Shown piece by piece: positions 45,380 through 59,472 of a DNA stretch of 64,000 nucleotides. Source of the stretch: the human T2T-CHM13v2.0 reference genome, Homo sapiens; NCBI RefSeq assembly GCF_009914755.1, contig NC_060930.1; one strand, given 5' to 3'. A model generated the notes under the pieces. It was not told the DNA's origin. It did not search any database and saw nothing but the letters and a program-made list of their open reading frames with translations. The translations under genes and the position numbers were made by a program. The stretch's first letter is position 1. Every line of letters starts with the position of its first letter.

Positions 45380-47400
45380 CATCTAGTCTTTCTAGACGTT
45401 TAGAAGCATACAAAGTAGGTTAAAAGTACAGGTAGTAAATAACACATTTTGTAGATTTCCTTTGGTTAAGATTCATAGAAAAAATGTTTTCTGGAAATTG
45501 ATCACACCACTTCTCTGAGCAGTGCACGGTATTCTAATTGTGGTGGGTCATGGAGGAAGAAGAAAGTACAAACGGCTTTATACCAACGGTGAGGCACAAT
45601 TGACCATTGTCCCTTACATCTGTACATTTACTTTGCTAGTATATAGTGTATATAAAAGACAAACAAGTCCTAATTTGCAACATCTAGTCTTTCTACATGT
45701 TAAAGAGGTTGCCAGTGTATGACAAAAGTAGAGTTAGTAAACTAATATATTGAGTACACTTTGTGTTAAAATTCATAGGAAAGACTGTTCTTAAAAACAC
45801 CATCTTTCTTGTGGAAATGAAATTGTTAAAATCTCTAAGCATTACAGATGCTTACACCTGTTCACTGAGTTGATAGAGGTAGGAAGGGGAAGGGTTCTAG
45901 GTCAGACTGTTTCTTGTTTAGAAGACACTTTCAAATTATAGCTTTTGTCATATATGTGTAACATTTATTCAATGCTACTGTGTATATAGTGGAAAACTTG
46001 TGTCCTATTTGAAACATCTATTCTTTCTAGATGTTTAAAAGCATACAACATATGTTAAAAGTAAATGGCTAAAGCATTTTTTGTTATTTCATACAATCAG
46101 TTAGATTTGGGAATAACATTGTTAAACTTGATGTCTTAGAGAGTATGCTGACTGTTTACTAAGCAGTGGCAGGTAGGGGAAAGAGAAGGGTTCTGTGCCT
46201 ATGAGTTAGATTTGTTCAGATGGTCTAACCACTGTTCTGTGTGTGCATTTTAATTAATATTGTGTTTTAAAGGGTAAACAAGTCCTAAAGCTCAAAGTAT
46301 ATTAAAAGTAGAGATAGTAAAATAATTCCTTTATAAATATTCTTTTGTTAGTTTTTAGGAAGGGCTGTACTGTGGGAGTAGACCTTTGTTAATCCACCTC
46401 TTGTAGCTAGATGTAACTCTGTATTTAGTCACTGGAATGTTGGAAGAGGAAGAAGAAGAAGGGTAAAGGGAGGGCTGTTTGCTTGTATCTCCATATCTAG
46501 AAGATGGTTTTAGATTACAACTGTAGGTCTATATGTGCATTTCTACTAAAATTCCTGTGTTTATTATGGACAAAGTTCATTATTTTGCAACATTTAACCT
46601 TTATAGATGTCCTGAGGTGACAATGTATGATAAAAAAATAGAGCTAGTGAATTGACCAATTTATAACTATTTTTTGCTATACTTTATAGAAAAGATGAAT
46701 CTTGGACATGGAATTGTTAAACCACCTCTAACCAGTGTATGTCAGAACTTGTTAATTAGGTTAGCAGCAGAGGGGCAGGAGGAAGTATAAAGGCAGAGAC
46801 ATATGTAGATGTGTTTATATTTACATTTTGACAATAGCCATCCATGCATGCACATCTCTTTTGGCTGTACTGCAGGAATACATTAAGTAATTCAATGGAA
46901 ACATACCTTCTTGTTAATATTTTAATGTTATAGATCTGATCGTGAATTCTCTTAGAAACAATATACTTAGTGTACTCTGTTGCTTTCTGTTTAATTTTAA
47001 ATTGAGCATTAAGGGAAGGCTGGTTTGAGGTAACTCTGCCAATACTTTTATCTAGAGACCCGTTGTGATTTTTGTCTTCTGTGAAATTTTTGTCCCAGGA
47101 AAGGTGAGATTACATTTTTTTCTAACAAATTGAGTTGGTATAGTATATTTTTGATTATCAAAACACAGTAAACATTCACAATGTTTGAAAAAGTATGATA
47201 CATACTGTACAATCTCAATCTCATAAAATTTGGATGTTGTATCTATAAACACACACGACCTAGATGGATACATCAAACTGTAAACCGCTTGTGACTGTGA
47301 ATAATTTTGTTCTTTGATTCTGATGTCTTTCAGTTTCTTATACTGCACATATTAACTTTTAAAAAGTTAAGGATTTTTTAAATAAATAAATACATACAAG
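45380..47400 (+). pseudogene. Processed, 5'-truncated retrocopy of the lncRNA NORAD (LINC00657)
   Basis: ~300-nt repeat units start catctagtctttcta(g) at 45380, 45681, 46015 and 46591, with long stretches I recognise from NORAD (e.g. tttattcaatgctactgtgtatata, gagtacactttgtgttaaaattcatagg). PUMILIO elements TGTATATA at 45647 and 45981. AATAAA and an A-rich end at ~47380. Degenerate TSD aaaatctccagttttca (45363-45379) / aaaattccaattttca (47401-47416) inside an L1M. Confidence 0.88.
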
Positions 47401-47846
47401 AAAATTCCAATTTTCAGGGAAGAAAAAGAAAGATACATACAAAGAAACAGGGAAGTATAGTCCATACATGAAGGGAGATGGTAACAGAAATTAGCTTTGA
47501 GGGGTCCCAGATGTTGACTAACTAGACAAAAACTTTAAAGCAGTTATTATAAATATGTTTAAAGCATTAAAGAAAAAAACATGTTTTAGGAATTAGAGGA
47601 AAGTATCACAACTATGTCTTATCAAATAGATAATATCAATAAAGAGGTAGAAATTATAAAAATGTTAAACTCAAATGAAAATTTTGGAGTGAATAAATAA
47701 ATAACTGAAATGAAAATAGAAATCATTGCAGGGTGTCAACAACAGACTTGAGCTATTAGAGCAAATAATTTGTAAACTTGAAGATAGGTTAATAAAGATT
47801 ACCTAGACTAAGAAACAGAAGAAAAATGAATGAATAAAAGCAAACA

Positions 47847-48302
<456 letters not shown>

Positions 48303-49267
48303 TCATACATGCAAGAAGCCCAAGAAAATTTCAGTAGAATAAGTTCAAAGAGATTCTCACCTAGATAAATTATGGTTGAACTTTCAAAAGTCAAAAACAA
48401 AGAGAAAAACTTTCTCAGAATTCATTCAAACAATTTCTCCTCATTGGCCAGAACTAGACACATTCTAATAAGAGTAGCACCAAAATTGGCTTGGGCCACT
48501 TTTAGTTTACCTCTTGGGTTTGCCAATAAGCTTGACCTCCTCAGAAACTTATGCAAGAAGGAATGATACCTGAATAAGCCCAAGATTCTGCTAGGAAGGA
48601 ACAAAGTTGGGTGGCTCTGAGGTAGGTAGCCAATAGTGTCTGCCATTGAGAAGTTTATTGAATTTGATTTGGATTCTCATTAGATGGTTTTTATCTTCAA
48701 AGTCTTTATCTTTTCTCTTACTCTTTTCCCACATTCTGCTGTATCTCCTCATCCACCCACCACTACAGCCAAATAAACTATTTTTAGTTACAAATATCAG
48801 GCTGATGTCTCTTTGTGCAAAGGCCTGCTGCAGCTCTGAATTAATTTGTGTCACAACCATCACAAAACTGTGGACTTCAAAACTCTATTGGCTGCTTCTT
48901 AATGCTTTCCACCTACTTATTCTCTTTCTCAGTAACACAAGGTTTCAGACTGTATTTTAAGCCAAACTAAACTTACTGACCACTCTCTTTACACACAAAT
49001 TTCTGGCTACCATTTCTGAGATTTTATATAGCCAAGTCATTCTCCTCATGGCACCTTTCAAATCACAGATGCCTAATAAATGCATATGTGCAGAAAGAAT
49101 GGAAACTGAGGGAACTGGACTTACCAACTGCTCAAATTCAGTACTTCATGCATTTGAGTATGACAGGTCCTGGAGATAAAATAGTGAGAAAGCAGACCTG
49201 GCTCTTAGATTCCTGTGTCCTTCAGGCAGAGAGAGGAGGGGAGGGAGAGGCGTCAAAGCTGAATAAC

Positions 49268-49732
49268 TTTTGGGACAACATGGATCAATCTGGAGGATGT
49301 TATGCTAAGAGAAATAAGCCAGATACAGAAAGACAGGTACTGCATGACCTCACTCATATGTAAAAATCTTAAAAAGCTGGGCTCAAAGCAAAGAGTAAAA
49401 CGGTGGTTACCAGAGGCAAGTGGGGAGTCGGGGGTGAGGAAAGGGGAGAGGATGGTCAAATGGACACAAAGTTTCAGTTAGACAGAGGAAAAATTTTAGA
49501 GATCTATTGCATAGCATGGTAACCATAGTTAATAGTAATGTACTGAATATTTTAAAATTGCTAGAAGAATATATTTCAAATATTCTCATTATAAAAATTT
49601 ATAAGTAGGTGAGGTGATGTATATGTTAATTAGCTTGATTTACTCTTTATGAAGTGTACAGATATATCAAAATATCACATTGTATCCCACAATTATATAT
49701 AATTGTTTCTCAAGTAAAAATTTTTTAAAAAA
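49268..49732 (+). mobile_element. L1MA 3' end
   Basis: gtgaggtgatgtatatgttaattagcttgattt...atcaaaatatcacattgta. Confidence 0.8.
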
Positions 49733-50654
49733 GGTCTGATATCCAGAATCTGCAAGAAACTTAAACAAATTTACAAGAAAAAAAAACAAACCCATCAAAA
49801 GGTGGGTGAAGGATATGAACAGTAACTTCTCAAAATAAGACATTTCTGTAGCCAACAAACATATGAAAAAAAGCTCATCATCACCAGTCATTAGAGAAAT
49901 GCAAATCAAAACTACAATGAGGTACCATCTCACACCAGTTAGAATAGCAATCATTAAAAAGTCAGGAAACAACAGATGCTGGAGAGGATGTAGAGAAATA
50001 GGAACGCTTTTACACTGTTGGTGGGAGTGTAAATTAGTTCAACCATTGTAGAAGACAGTGTGGCGATTCTTCAAGAATCTAGAACTAGAAATACCATTTG
50101 ACCCAGTGATCCCATTACTGGGTATATACCCAAAGGATTATAAATCATTCTACTATAAAGACACATGCACACGTATGCTTATTGCAGCACTATGCACAGT
50201 AGCAAAGACTTGGAACCAACCCAAATGCCCATCAATGATAGACTGGATAAAGAAAATGTGGCACATATACACCATGGAATACTATGCATTCATAAAAAAG
50301 AATGAGTTCATGTCCTTTGCAGGGACATGGACAAAGCTGGAAACCATCAGTCTCAGCAAACTAACACAGGAACAGAAAACCAAACACCACATGTTCTCAC
50401 TCATAAGTGGGAGTTGAACGATGAGAACACATGGACACAGGGAAGGGAAATTCATATACTGGGGCCTGTCGGGATGTGGGAGGCTAGGGGAGAGAAAGAA
50501 TCAGAACAAATGCCTAATATATGTGGGGCTTAAAACTTAGATGATGGGTTGATAGGTGCAGCAAACTACCATGGCTCATGTATACCTATATAACAAACCT
50601 GCACATTCTGCACATATATCCTAGAACTTAAAGTGAAATAATAAAAAAAAAAAA
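49733..50654 (+). mobile_element. 5'-truncated L1PA (about L1PA8) inserted in the tail of the L1MA
   Basis: ORF2 C-terminal ORFs at 49863-50417, 3'UTR and A tail. Confidence 0.9.
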
Positions 50655-51247
50655 CTGAATGACTAACAGAACACTTATCCTGTATAAATAGGAAAGTGAA
50701 GAGCATATTATAAACTTAGTTTTGCCTTTGTTGCATCTGAAATGACAGGACACATATAGTTGGAACAATCCCTCCAGAAGGTTTCATTGTGTATATGTGT
50801 ACATGCATAAATATGTTACTCTGGACATCATTACAACCACCACCAGCATTCTTGTTATTATCATCATTAATAACATTTCTCCCAAGACTTCTAAGAGCCA
50901 GATTCTGGGCTAAAAGCTACATATGGATATATGCAATTGTTCATAGGTATCATCAATTCATTTTTTCGTAGATGATTATCCTGTGAGATTGTAACATCTC
51001 ATTCTATGATTATATTAATTAAAGTTCCTTTAAGGTAAACACCATATCTAAGCTTTCTTTTATGTGCAACAGCATATGTGTAAGAGAGTCCTGCTGAATA
51101 AAAAATTGTCACTGGCATGGAGTATGCACAGCCTCATTGCAGAGTGATGGTGAAATTAAAGGGGAAAGTAAGAAAGGTGAATGGAGTCTTCATCAAAGAG
51201 CAGAGAAGTCATTACAATATCACTAACATAAAATGAGAACTCTAAGG

Positions 51248-51511
51248 CAGAGTTCCCCAACCCTTTTGATACAAATGACTAGTTTCATGGAAAACAATTT
51301 TTTCATGGGCCAGGGGGTGGGGGATGATTTCTGGATGATGCAAGCAAATTACATTTACCATGTACTTTATTTCTATTATTATTACATTGGAATATATAAT
51401 GAAATAATTATACAACTCATCATAATCTAGAATCAGTTGGAGTCCTGAGCTTGTTTTCCTGCAACTAGAAGGTCCCATTTGGGAGTGATGGAACACAGTG
51501 ACAGATCATCT
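51248..51511. mobile_element. MER1A-like DNA transposon, truncated
   Basis: cagagttccccaaccc...actttatttctattattattacatt...gtgacagatcatc. Confidence 0.8.
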
Positions 51512-53350
51512 GGAAAGCCCATCGGGATGGAAAACCCATCAGACTAACAGCAGATTTCTCTCCAGAAACCCTACAAGCCAGAAGAGAGTGGGGACCAATA
51601 TTCAACATTAGAAGAAAAAAAAACACCTAAAATTAACAAAAAACTTTCCTTTAAAAATGATATCACAAAAATAATTACTATTTTAATTCTTTTGTCATCT
51701 TTTTGAATAGCTGTTATTGCGTATTCTGCATTAAAAATTATGTAATTATCATTTGTCTTTCCCCATACTTAATGTTAATTTTTTTATTATACTTAAAGTT
51801 GTGGGATACATGCGCAGAACATGCAGGTTTTTTACACGGGTATACACGTGCCATGGTGGTTTGCTGCACCCATCAATCTGTCATCTACATTAGGTATTTC
51901 TCCTAATGCTATCTCTCCTCTAGCTCCCCACCCCCCAATAGGCCCCAGTGTGGGATGTTCCTTTCCCTGTGTCCATGTGTTCACATTGTTCAACTCCCAT
52001 TTATGAGTGACAACATGCAGTGTTTGGTTTTCTGTTCTTGTGTTAGTTTGCTGAGAATGATGGTTTCCAGTTTCATCCATGTCCTTGCAAAGCACATGAA
52101 CTCATCCTTTTTTATGGCTGCATAGTATTCCCTGGTAGATACCTGCCACATTTTGTTTATCCTGTCTATCATTGATGGGCATTTGGGTTAGTTCCAAGTC
52201 TTTGCTATTGTGAATAGTGCCACAATCAACATACATGTGCATGTGACTTTATGGTAGCATGATTTATAATCCTTTGGGTATACACCCAGTAATGGGATTG
52301 CTGGGTCAAATGATATTTCTGGTTCTAGATTTTTGAGGAATCGCCACACTGTCTTCCACAATGGTTAAAGTAATTTACATTCCTACCAACAGTGTAAAAG
52401 CGTTCGTTTCTCTATGTCCTCACCAGCATCTGTTGTTTCCTGACTTTTTAGTGACTGCCATTCTAACTGGCGTGATATGGTGTTTCATTGTGGTTTTGAA
52501 TTACATTTTTCTAATGATGAGTGCTGACAGGCTTTTTTTCATATGGTTTTTGGCCACATAAATGTCTTGTTTTGAGAAGTGTCTTTACATAACCTTTGCC
52601 CACTTTTTAATGGGGTTGTTTGTTCTTTTTCTTGTAAATTTAAGTTTCTTGTAGATTCTGGATATTAGCCTTTTGGCAGATGGATAGACTGCAAAATTTT
52701 TCTCTTATTCTGTAGGTTGCCTGTTCACTCTGATGATAGTGTTTTGGTTTTTTGTTTGTTTGTATTTTGTTTTGTTTTTGCTGTGCAGAAGCTCTTTAGT
52801 TTAATTAGATTCCATTTGTCAATTTTGGCTTTTGTTGCCATTGCTTTTGGTGTTTTAGTCATAAAGTCTTTGCCTATGCCTATGTTCTAAATGTATTGCC
52901 TAGGTTTTCTTCTACAGATTTTATGGTTTTATGTTTTACATTTAAGTCTGTAATCCATCTTGAGTTTATTTTTGCATAAGGTGTAAGGAAGAAGTCCAGT
53001 TTCAGTTTTCTACATATGGCTAGCCAGTTTTCCCAACACCATTTATTAAATAGGGAATCCTTTTTCCCATTGCTTGTTTTTGTCAGGTTTGCCAAAGATC
53101 AGATGATTATAGATGTGTGGCATATTTCTGAGCCTCTGTTCTGTTCCATTGGTATATATATCTGTTTTGGTACCAGTACCATGCTGCTTTGGTTACTGTA
53201 GCCTTGTTGTATAGTTTGAAGTCAGGTAGCATAATGCCTCCAGCTTTGTTCTTTTTGCTAAAGATTGTATTGGCTGTACAGGCTCTTTCTTGGTTCCATA
53301 TGAAATTTAAAGTAGTTTTTTTATAATTCTGTGAAGAAAGTCAATGGTAG

Positions 53351-56300
53351 TCACTTCCAAGATGGCCAAATAGGGATAGCTCTGGTCTATGGCTCCGAGT
53401 GAGATTGATGCAGAAGACTGGTGATTTCTGCATTTCCACATGAGGTACCTGGTTCATCTAATTGAGACTGGTTGGCCAGTGGGTGCAACCCATGGAGGGT
53501 GAGCTGAAGCAGGGCAGGGTGTTGCCTCACCCAGGAAGTGCAAGGGGTTGTGGGATTTTCCTTTCCTAGCCAAGGGAAGCCATGAGTGACTGTACCTGGA
53601 ATAACAGTACACTTCTGCCCAAATACTGCACTTTTCCCATGGTCTTTGCAACTGGCAGACCAGGAGATTCCCTCTCGTGCCTGGCTTGGCAGGTCCCATG
53701 CCCACAGAGCCTTGCTTACTGCTAGGGAAGCAGTCTGAGATCAACCTGGGATGCTGCAGATTGGCAGAGGAGGGGCATCCACCACTGTTGAGGCTTGAGT
53801 AGGTGGTTCTATGCTCACAGTGTAAACAAAGCATCAAGGAAGCTCGAACTGGGCAGAGCCCACCACAGCTCAGCAAGGCCTACTGCCGCTCTAGATTCTG
53901 GGGGCAGGGCATATTTGAATAAAAGGCAGCAGACAGCTTCTGTGACCTAAACGTCCCTGCCTGACAGCTCTGAAGAGAGCAGTGGTTCTTCCAGCATGAT
54001 GTTTGAGCTCCAATAACAGACAGACTGCCTTCTCAAGTGGGTCTCTGACCCCCGTGTAGCCTGACTGGGAGACACCTCTGAGTAGGGTCCGACAGACACC
54101 TCATACAGGTGGGTGCCCTTCTGGGATGAGCCTTCCAGAGGATGGATCAGGCAGCAATATTTGCTGTTCTGCAGGCTCCGCAGGTGATACTCCGGCAAAC
54201 AGGGTCTGGAGTGGACCTCCAGCAAACTCCAACAGACCTACAGCTGAGGGGTCTGTCTGGTAGAAGGAAAACTAACAAACAGAAAGGAATAGCATCAACA
54301 TCAACAAAAAGGACATTCACATCAAAACCCCATCCATAGGTCACCAACATCAAAAACCAAAGGTTGTTAAAACCACAAACATGGGAAAAAACAGAGCAGA
54401 AAGCCTGAAAATTCCAAAAACCAAAATGCCTCTTCCCCTCCAAAGGGACACAACTCCTTGTCAGCAAGGGAACAAAACTGGACAGAGAATGATTTTGATG
54501 AGTTGACAGAAGTAGACTTCCGAAGGTCGGCAATAATAAACTTCTCCAAGCTAAAGGAGCATGTTCTAACCCATCACAAGGAAGCTAAAAGCCTTAAAAA
54601 AAGGTTAGATGAATGGTTAACTAGAATAACCAGTGTAGAGAAGAGCTTAAATGACCATATGGAGCTGAAAACCACAGCACAAGAACTTCGCAAAGCATAC
54701 ACAAGCTTTAATAGCCAATTCAATCAAGTGGAAGAAAGGATACCAGAAATTGAAGTTCAAATGAATAAAATAAAGTGAGAAGACAAGATTAGAGAAAAAA
54801 GAGTGAAAAAAAAATGAACAAAGCCTCCAAGAAATATGGGACTATGTGAAAAGACCAAATCTACATTTGATTGGTGTACCTGAAAGTGACAGGGAGAGTG
54901 GAACCAAGTTAGAAAACACTCTGCAGGATATTATCCAGGAGAACTTCCCCAATATAGCAAGGCAGGCCAACATTAAAATTCAGGAAATACAGAGAACACC
55001 ACAAAGATACTCCTAGAGAACTGCAACCCCAAGACACATAATTGTCAGATTCACCAAGGTCAAAATGAAGGAAAAAATGTTAAGGGCAGCCAGAGAGAAA
55101 GGTCAGGTTACCCACAAAGGGAAGCCCATCAGACTAAGAGGGGATCTCTCTGCAGAAACCCAATAAGCCAGAAGAGAGTGGGGGCCAATAGTCAACATTC
55201 TTATAGAGAAGAATTTTCAAACCAGAATTTCATACCCAGCCAAACTAAGCTTCATAAGTGAAGGAGAAATAAAACCCTTTACAGACAAGCAAAATATGAG
55301 GGATTTTGTCACCACCAGGCCTGTCTTCCAGGAGCTCCTGAAGGAAGAACTAAACATGGAAAGCAAAAACTGGTACCAGCCACTGCAAAAACATGCCAAA
55401 TTGTAAAGATCATCAACACCATGAAGAATCTTCATCAACTAATGGGCAAAATAACCAACTAGCATTATAATGACAGAATCAAATTCACACATAACAATAT
55501 TAAACTTAAATGTAAATGGGCTACATGTCCCAATTAAAAGACACAGACTGGCAGATTAGATAAAGAGTCAAGATGGATCAGTGTGCGGTATTCAGGAGAC
55601 CCATCTCATGTGCAAAGACACACATAGGCTCAAACTAAAGGGATCTATCAAGCAAATGGAAAGCAAAAAAAAAAGCAGGGGTTGCAATCCTGGTCTCTGA
55701 TAAAACAGATTTTAAACCAACACAGATCAAAAGAGACAAAGAAGGGCATTACATAATGGTAAAGGGATCAATTCAACAAGAAGAGCTAACTATCCTAAAT
55801 ATATATGCACCCAATCCAAGAGCACCCAGATTCATAAAGAAAGTTCTTGGACACCTACAAAGAGACTTAGACTCCCACACAATAATAATGGGAAATTTTA
55901 ACACCCCACTGTCAATATTAGACAGATCAAGAAAGCAAATTAACAAGGTTATCCAGGACTTGAGCTCAGCTCTGGACCAAGCGGACCTAATACACATCTA
56001 CAGAACTCTCCATCCCAAATCAACAGAATATACATTATTCTCAGCAACACACTGCATTTATTCTAAAATTGACCACATAATTGGAAGTAAAACACTCCTC
56101 AGCAAATGTAAAAGGACAGAAATCACAACAAAAACTGTCTCTCAGACCACAGTGCAATCAAATTAGAACTCAGGATTAAGAAACTCACCCATAACCACAC
56201 AACTACATGGAAACTGAATAACCTGCTCCTGAATGACTACTGGGTAGATAGCGAAATGAAGGCAGAAATAAAGATGTTCTTTGAAACCAGTGAGAACAAA

Positions 56301-59300
56301 GACACAATGTACCAGAATCTCTAGGACACAGCTAAAGCAGTGTTTAGAGGGAAATTTATAGCACTAAATGCTCACAAGAGAAAACAGGAAATATCAAAAA
56401 CTGACATGCTAACATCACAATTAAAAGAACTGGAGAAGCAAGAGCAAACACATTCAAAAGCTAGCAGAAGACACGAAATAACTAAGATCAGAGCAGAACT
56501 GAAGAAAATAGAGACACACAAAAAAACCCTTCAAAAATCAATGAATCCAGGAGCTGGTTTCTGAAAAGATCAACAAAATAGATAGACCACTATCAAGACT
56601 AATAAATAAGAGAGAGAGAAGAATCAAACAGATGCAATAAAAAAAAGATAAAGGGGATATCACCACTAATCCCACAGAAATACAAAATACCATGAGAGAA
56701 TGCAAAAAACACCTCTATGCAAATAAACTAGAAAATCTAGAAGAAATGAAAAAATTCTGGGACACATACACCCTCCCAAGACTAAACCAGGAAGAAGTTG
56801 AATCTCTGAATAGAGCAATAACAGTTTCTGAAATTGAGGCAATAATTAATAGCCTACCAAACAAAAAAAAAAGTCCAGGACCAGACAGATTCACAGCCAA
56901 ATTCTACCAGAGATACAAAGAGGAGCTGGTACCATTCCTTCTGAAACTATTTCAATCAACAGAAAAAGAGGGAATCCTCCCTAACTCATTTTATGAGGCC
57001 AGCATCATCCTGATATCAAAGCCTGGCAGAGACACACACACACACACACAAAAGAGAATTTTAGGCCAATATTCCTGATGAAATCAGTGTGAAAGTCCTC
57101 AATAAAATACTGGCAAACCAAACAAGCAGCACATCCAAAATCTTATTAATGATGATCAAATTGGCTTCATCCCTGGGATGCAAGCCTTGTTCAACATATG
57201 CAAATCAATAACATAATCCATCACATAAAGAGAACCAAATACAAAAATCACATGATTATCTCAACAGATGCAGAAAAGGCCTTAGACAAAATTCAAGTCT
57301 TTCATGCTAAAAACTCTCAATAAACTAGATATTGGTGGAACATATCTCAAAATAATAAAAGTTATTTATGACAAACCCGCAGCCAATATCATACTGAATA
57401 GGCAAAACCTGGAAGCATTGCCTTTGAAAACTGGCATGAGAAAAGGTTGCCCTCTCTCACCATTCCTATTCAACATAGTACTGGAAGTTCTGGCCAGGGC
57501 AATCAGGCAGGAGAAAGAAATAAAAGGTATTCAATTAGGAAAAGAGGAAGTCAAATTGTCTCTGCAGATGACATGATTGTATATTTAGAAAACCCCATTG
57601 TCTCAGCCCAAAATCTCCTTAAGCTGATAAGCAACTTCAGCAAAGTCTCAGGACACAAAATCAATGTGCAAAAATTACAGGCATTCCTATACACCAACAA
57701 GAGACAAACAGAGACCCAAATCATGAGTGAACTCCAATTCACAATTACTACAAAGAGAATAAAGTACCTAGGAATACAACTTACAAGGGATGTGAAGGAC
57801 CTCTTCAAGGAGAATGACAAACCACTGCTCAACGAAATAAGAGAGGACACAAACAAATGGAAGAATATTCCATGCTCATGGATAGGAAGAATCAATATCA
57901 TGAAAACGACCATACTGACAAAGGCAATTTATAGATTCAATGCTATCCCCATGAAGCTATCAATGACTTTCTTCACAGAATTGGAAAAAACTACTTTAAA
58001 GCTCATATGGAACCAAAAAAGAGCCCACTTAGACAAGACAATCCTAAACAAAAAGAACAAAGCAGGAGGCATCACACTACCTGACTTCAAATTATACTAC
58101 AATGCTACAGTAATCAAAACAGCATGGTAGGTACCAAAACAGATATATAGACCAATGGAACAGAACAGAGAGCTCAGAAATAACACCACACATCTACAAT
58201 CATCTGATCTTTTAAAACCTGGCTAAAACAACCAATGAGGAAAGGATTCTCTATTTAATAAATGGTGCTGGGAAAACTGGCTAGCCATATGTAGAAAGCT
58301 GAAACTGAATCCCTTCCTTACACTTTATACAAAAATTAACTTAAGATGGATTAAAGACTTAAATGTAAGACCTAAAACTATAAAAACCCTAGAAGAAAAC
58401 CTAGGCAATACCATTCAGGACATAGGCATAGGCAAAGACTTCATGATTAAAACACCAAAGCAATTGCAACAAAAGCCAAAATTGACAAATGGAATCTAAT
58501 TAAACTAAAGAGCTTCTGCAAAGCAAAAGAAACTATCATCAGAGTCAACAGGTAACCTACAGAATGGGAGAAAAAGTTTGCAATCTACCATCTGACAAAG
58601 GGCTAATAACCAGAATCTACAAAGAACTTAAACAAATTTACAAGAAAAAAAAAAAAAACCCATCAAAAAGTGGGCAAAGGATGTGCACAGACACTTCTCA
58701 GAAGAAGACATTTATGTAGCCAAAGACATATGAAAAAATGCTCATCATCACTGGTCATCAGAGAAATGCAAATCAAAACCACAATGAGATACCATCTCAT
58801 GCCAGTTAGAATGGCGATCATTAAAAAGTCAGGAAACGACAGACGCTGGAGAGGATGTACAGAAATAGGAACGCTTTTACACTGTCGGTGGGAGTTTAAA
58901 TTAGTTCAACCATTGTGGAAGACAGTGTGGTGATTCCTCAAGGATCTAAAACTAGAAATATCATTTGACCCAGCAATCCCATTACTGGGTATATATCCAA
59001 AAAATTATAAATCATGCTACTATAAAGACACATGCACACATGTTTATTGCGGCACTATTCACAATAGCAAAGACTTGGAGCCAACCCAAATGTCCATCAA
59101 TAACAAACTGGATAAAGATAATATGGCACGTATACATCATGTAATACCATGCATCCATAAAGAAGGATGAGTTCATGTCCTTTATAGGAACACGGATGAA
59201 GCTGGAAACCATCATTCTCAGCAAAATAACACAGGACAGAAAACCAAACACAGCATGTTCTCATTCATAAGTGGAAGTTGAACAATGAGAATACATGGAC

Positions 59301-59472
59301 ACAGGGAGGGAAATATCACACACTGGGGCCTGTTGCGGGGTGTAGGTTGGGTGAGGGGTAGCACTAGGAGAAATACCTAATGTAAATGATAAGTTGATGG
59401 GTGCAGCAAACCAACATTGCACATGTACACCTATGTAACAAACCTGCACGTTGTGCACATGTACCCTAGAAC
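53351..59472 (+). mobile_element. Full-length, inactivated L1PA (about L1PA7/8)
   Basis: 5'UTR cttccaagatggcc..., ORF1 from ~54381, ORF2 from ~55469 broken by stops and frameshifts, and a 3'UTR. TSD core gtcaatggta (53340-53349 / 60098-60107). Confidence 0.95.

Noticed and set aside
45380-46700. Spaced direct repeats suggestive of a CRISPR-like array or satellite
   Set aside because: The context is eukaryotic, the units are ~300 nt and degenerate throughout, and they are explained by NORAD repeat units.
57447-58130. Longest ORF in the track (227 aa), with reverse-transcriptase-like sequence ([11 protein letters not shown])
   Set aside because: It is a fragment of a frameshifted L1 ORF2, not an independent gene. 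The same applies to the other ORFs in 53351-64000, 24375-30350 and 5303-5803.
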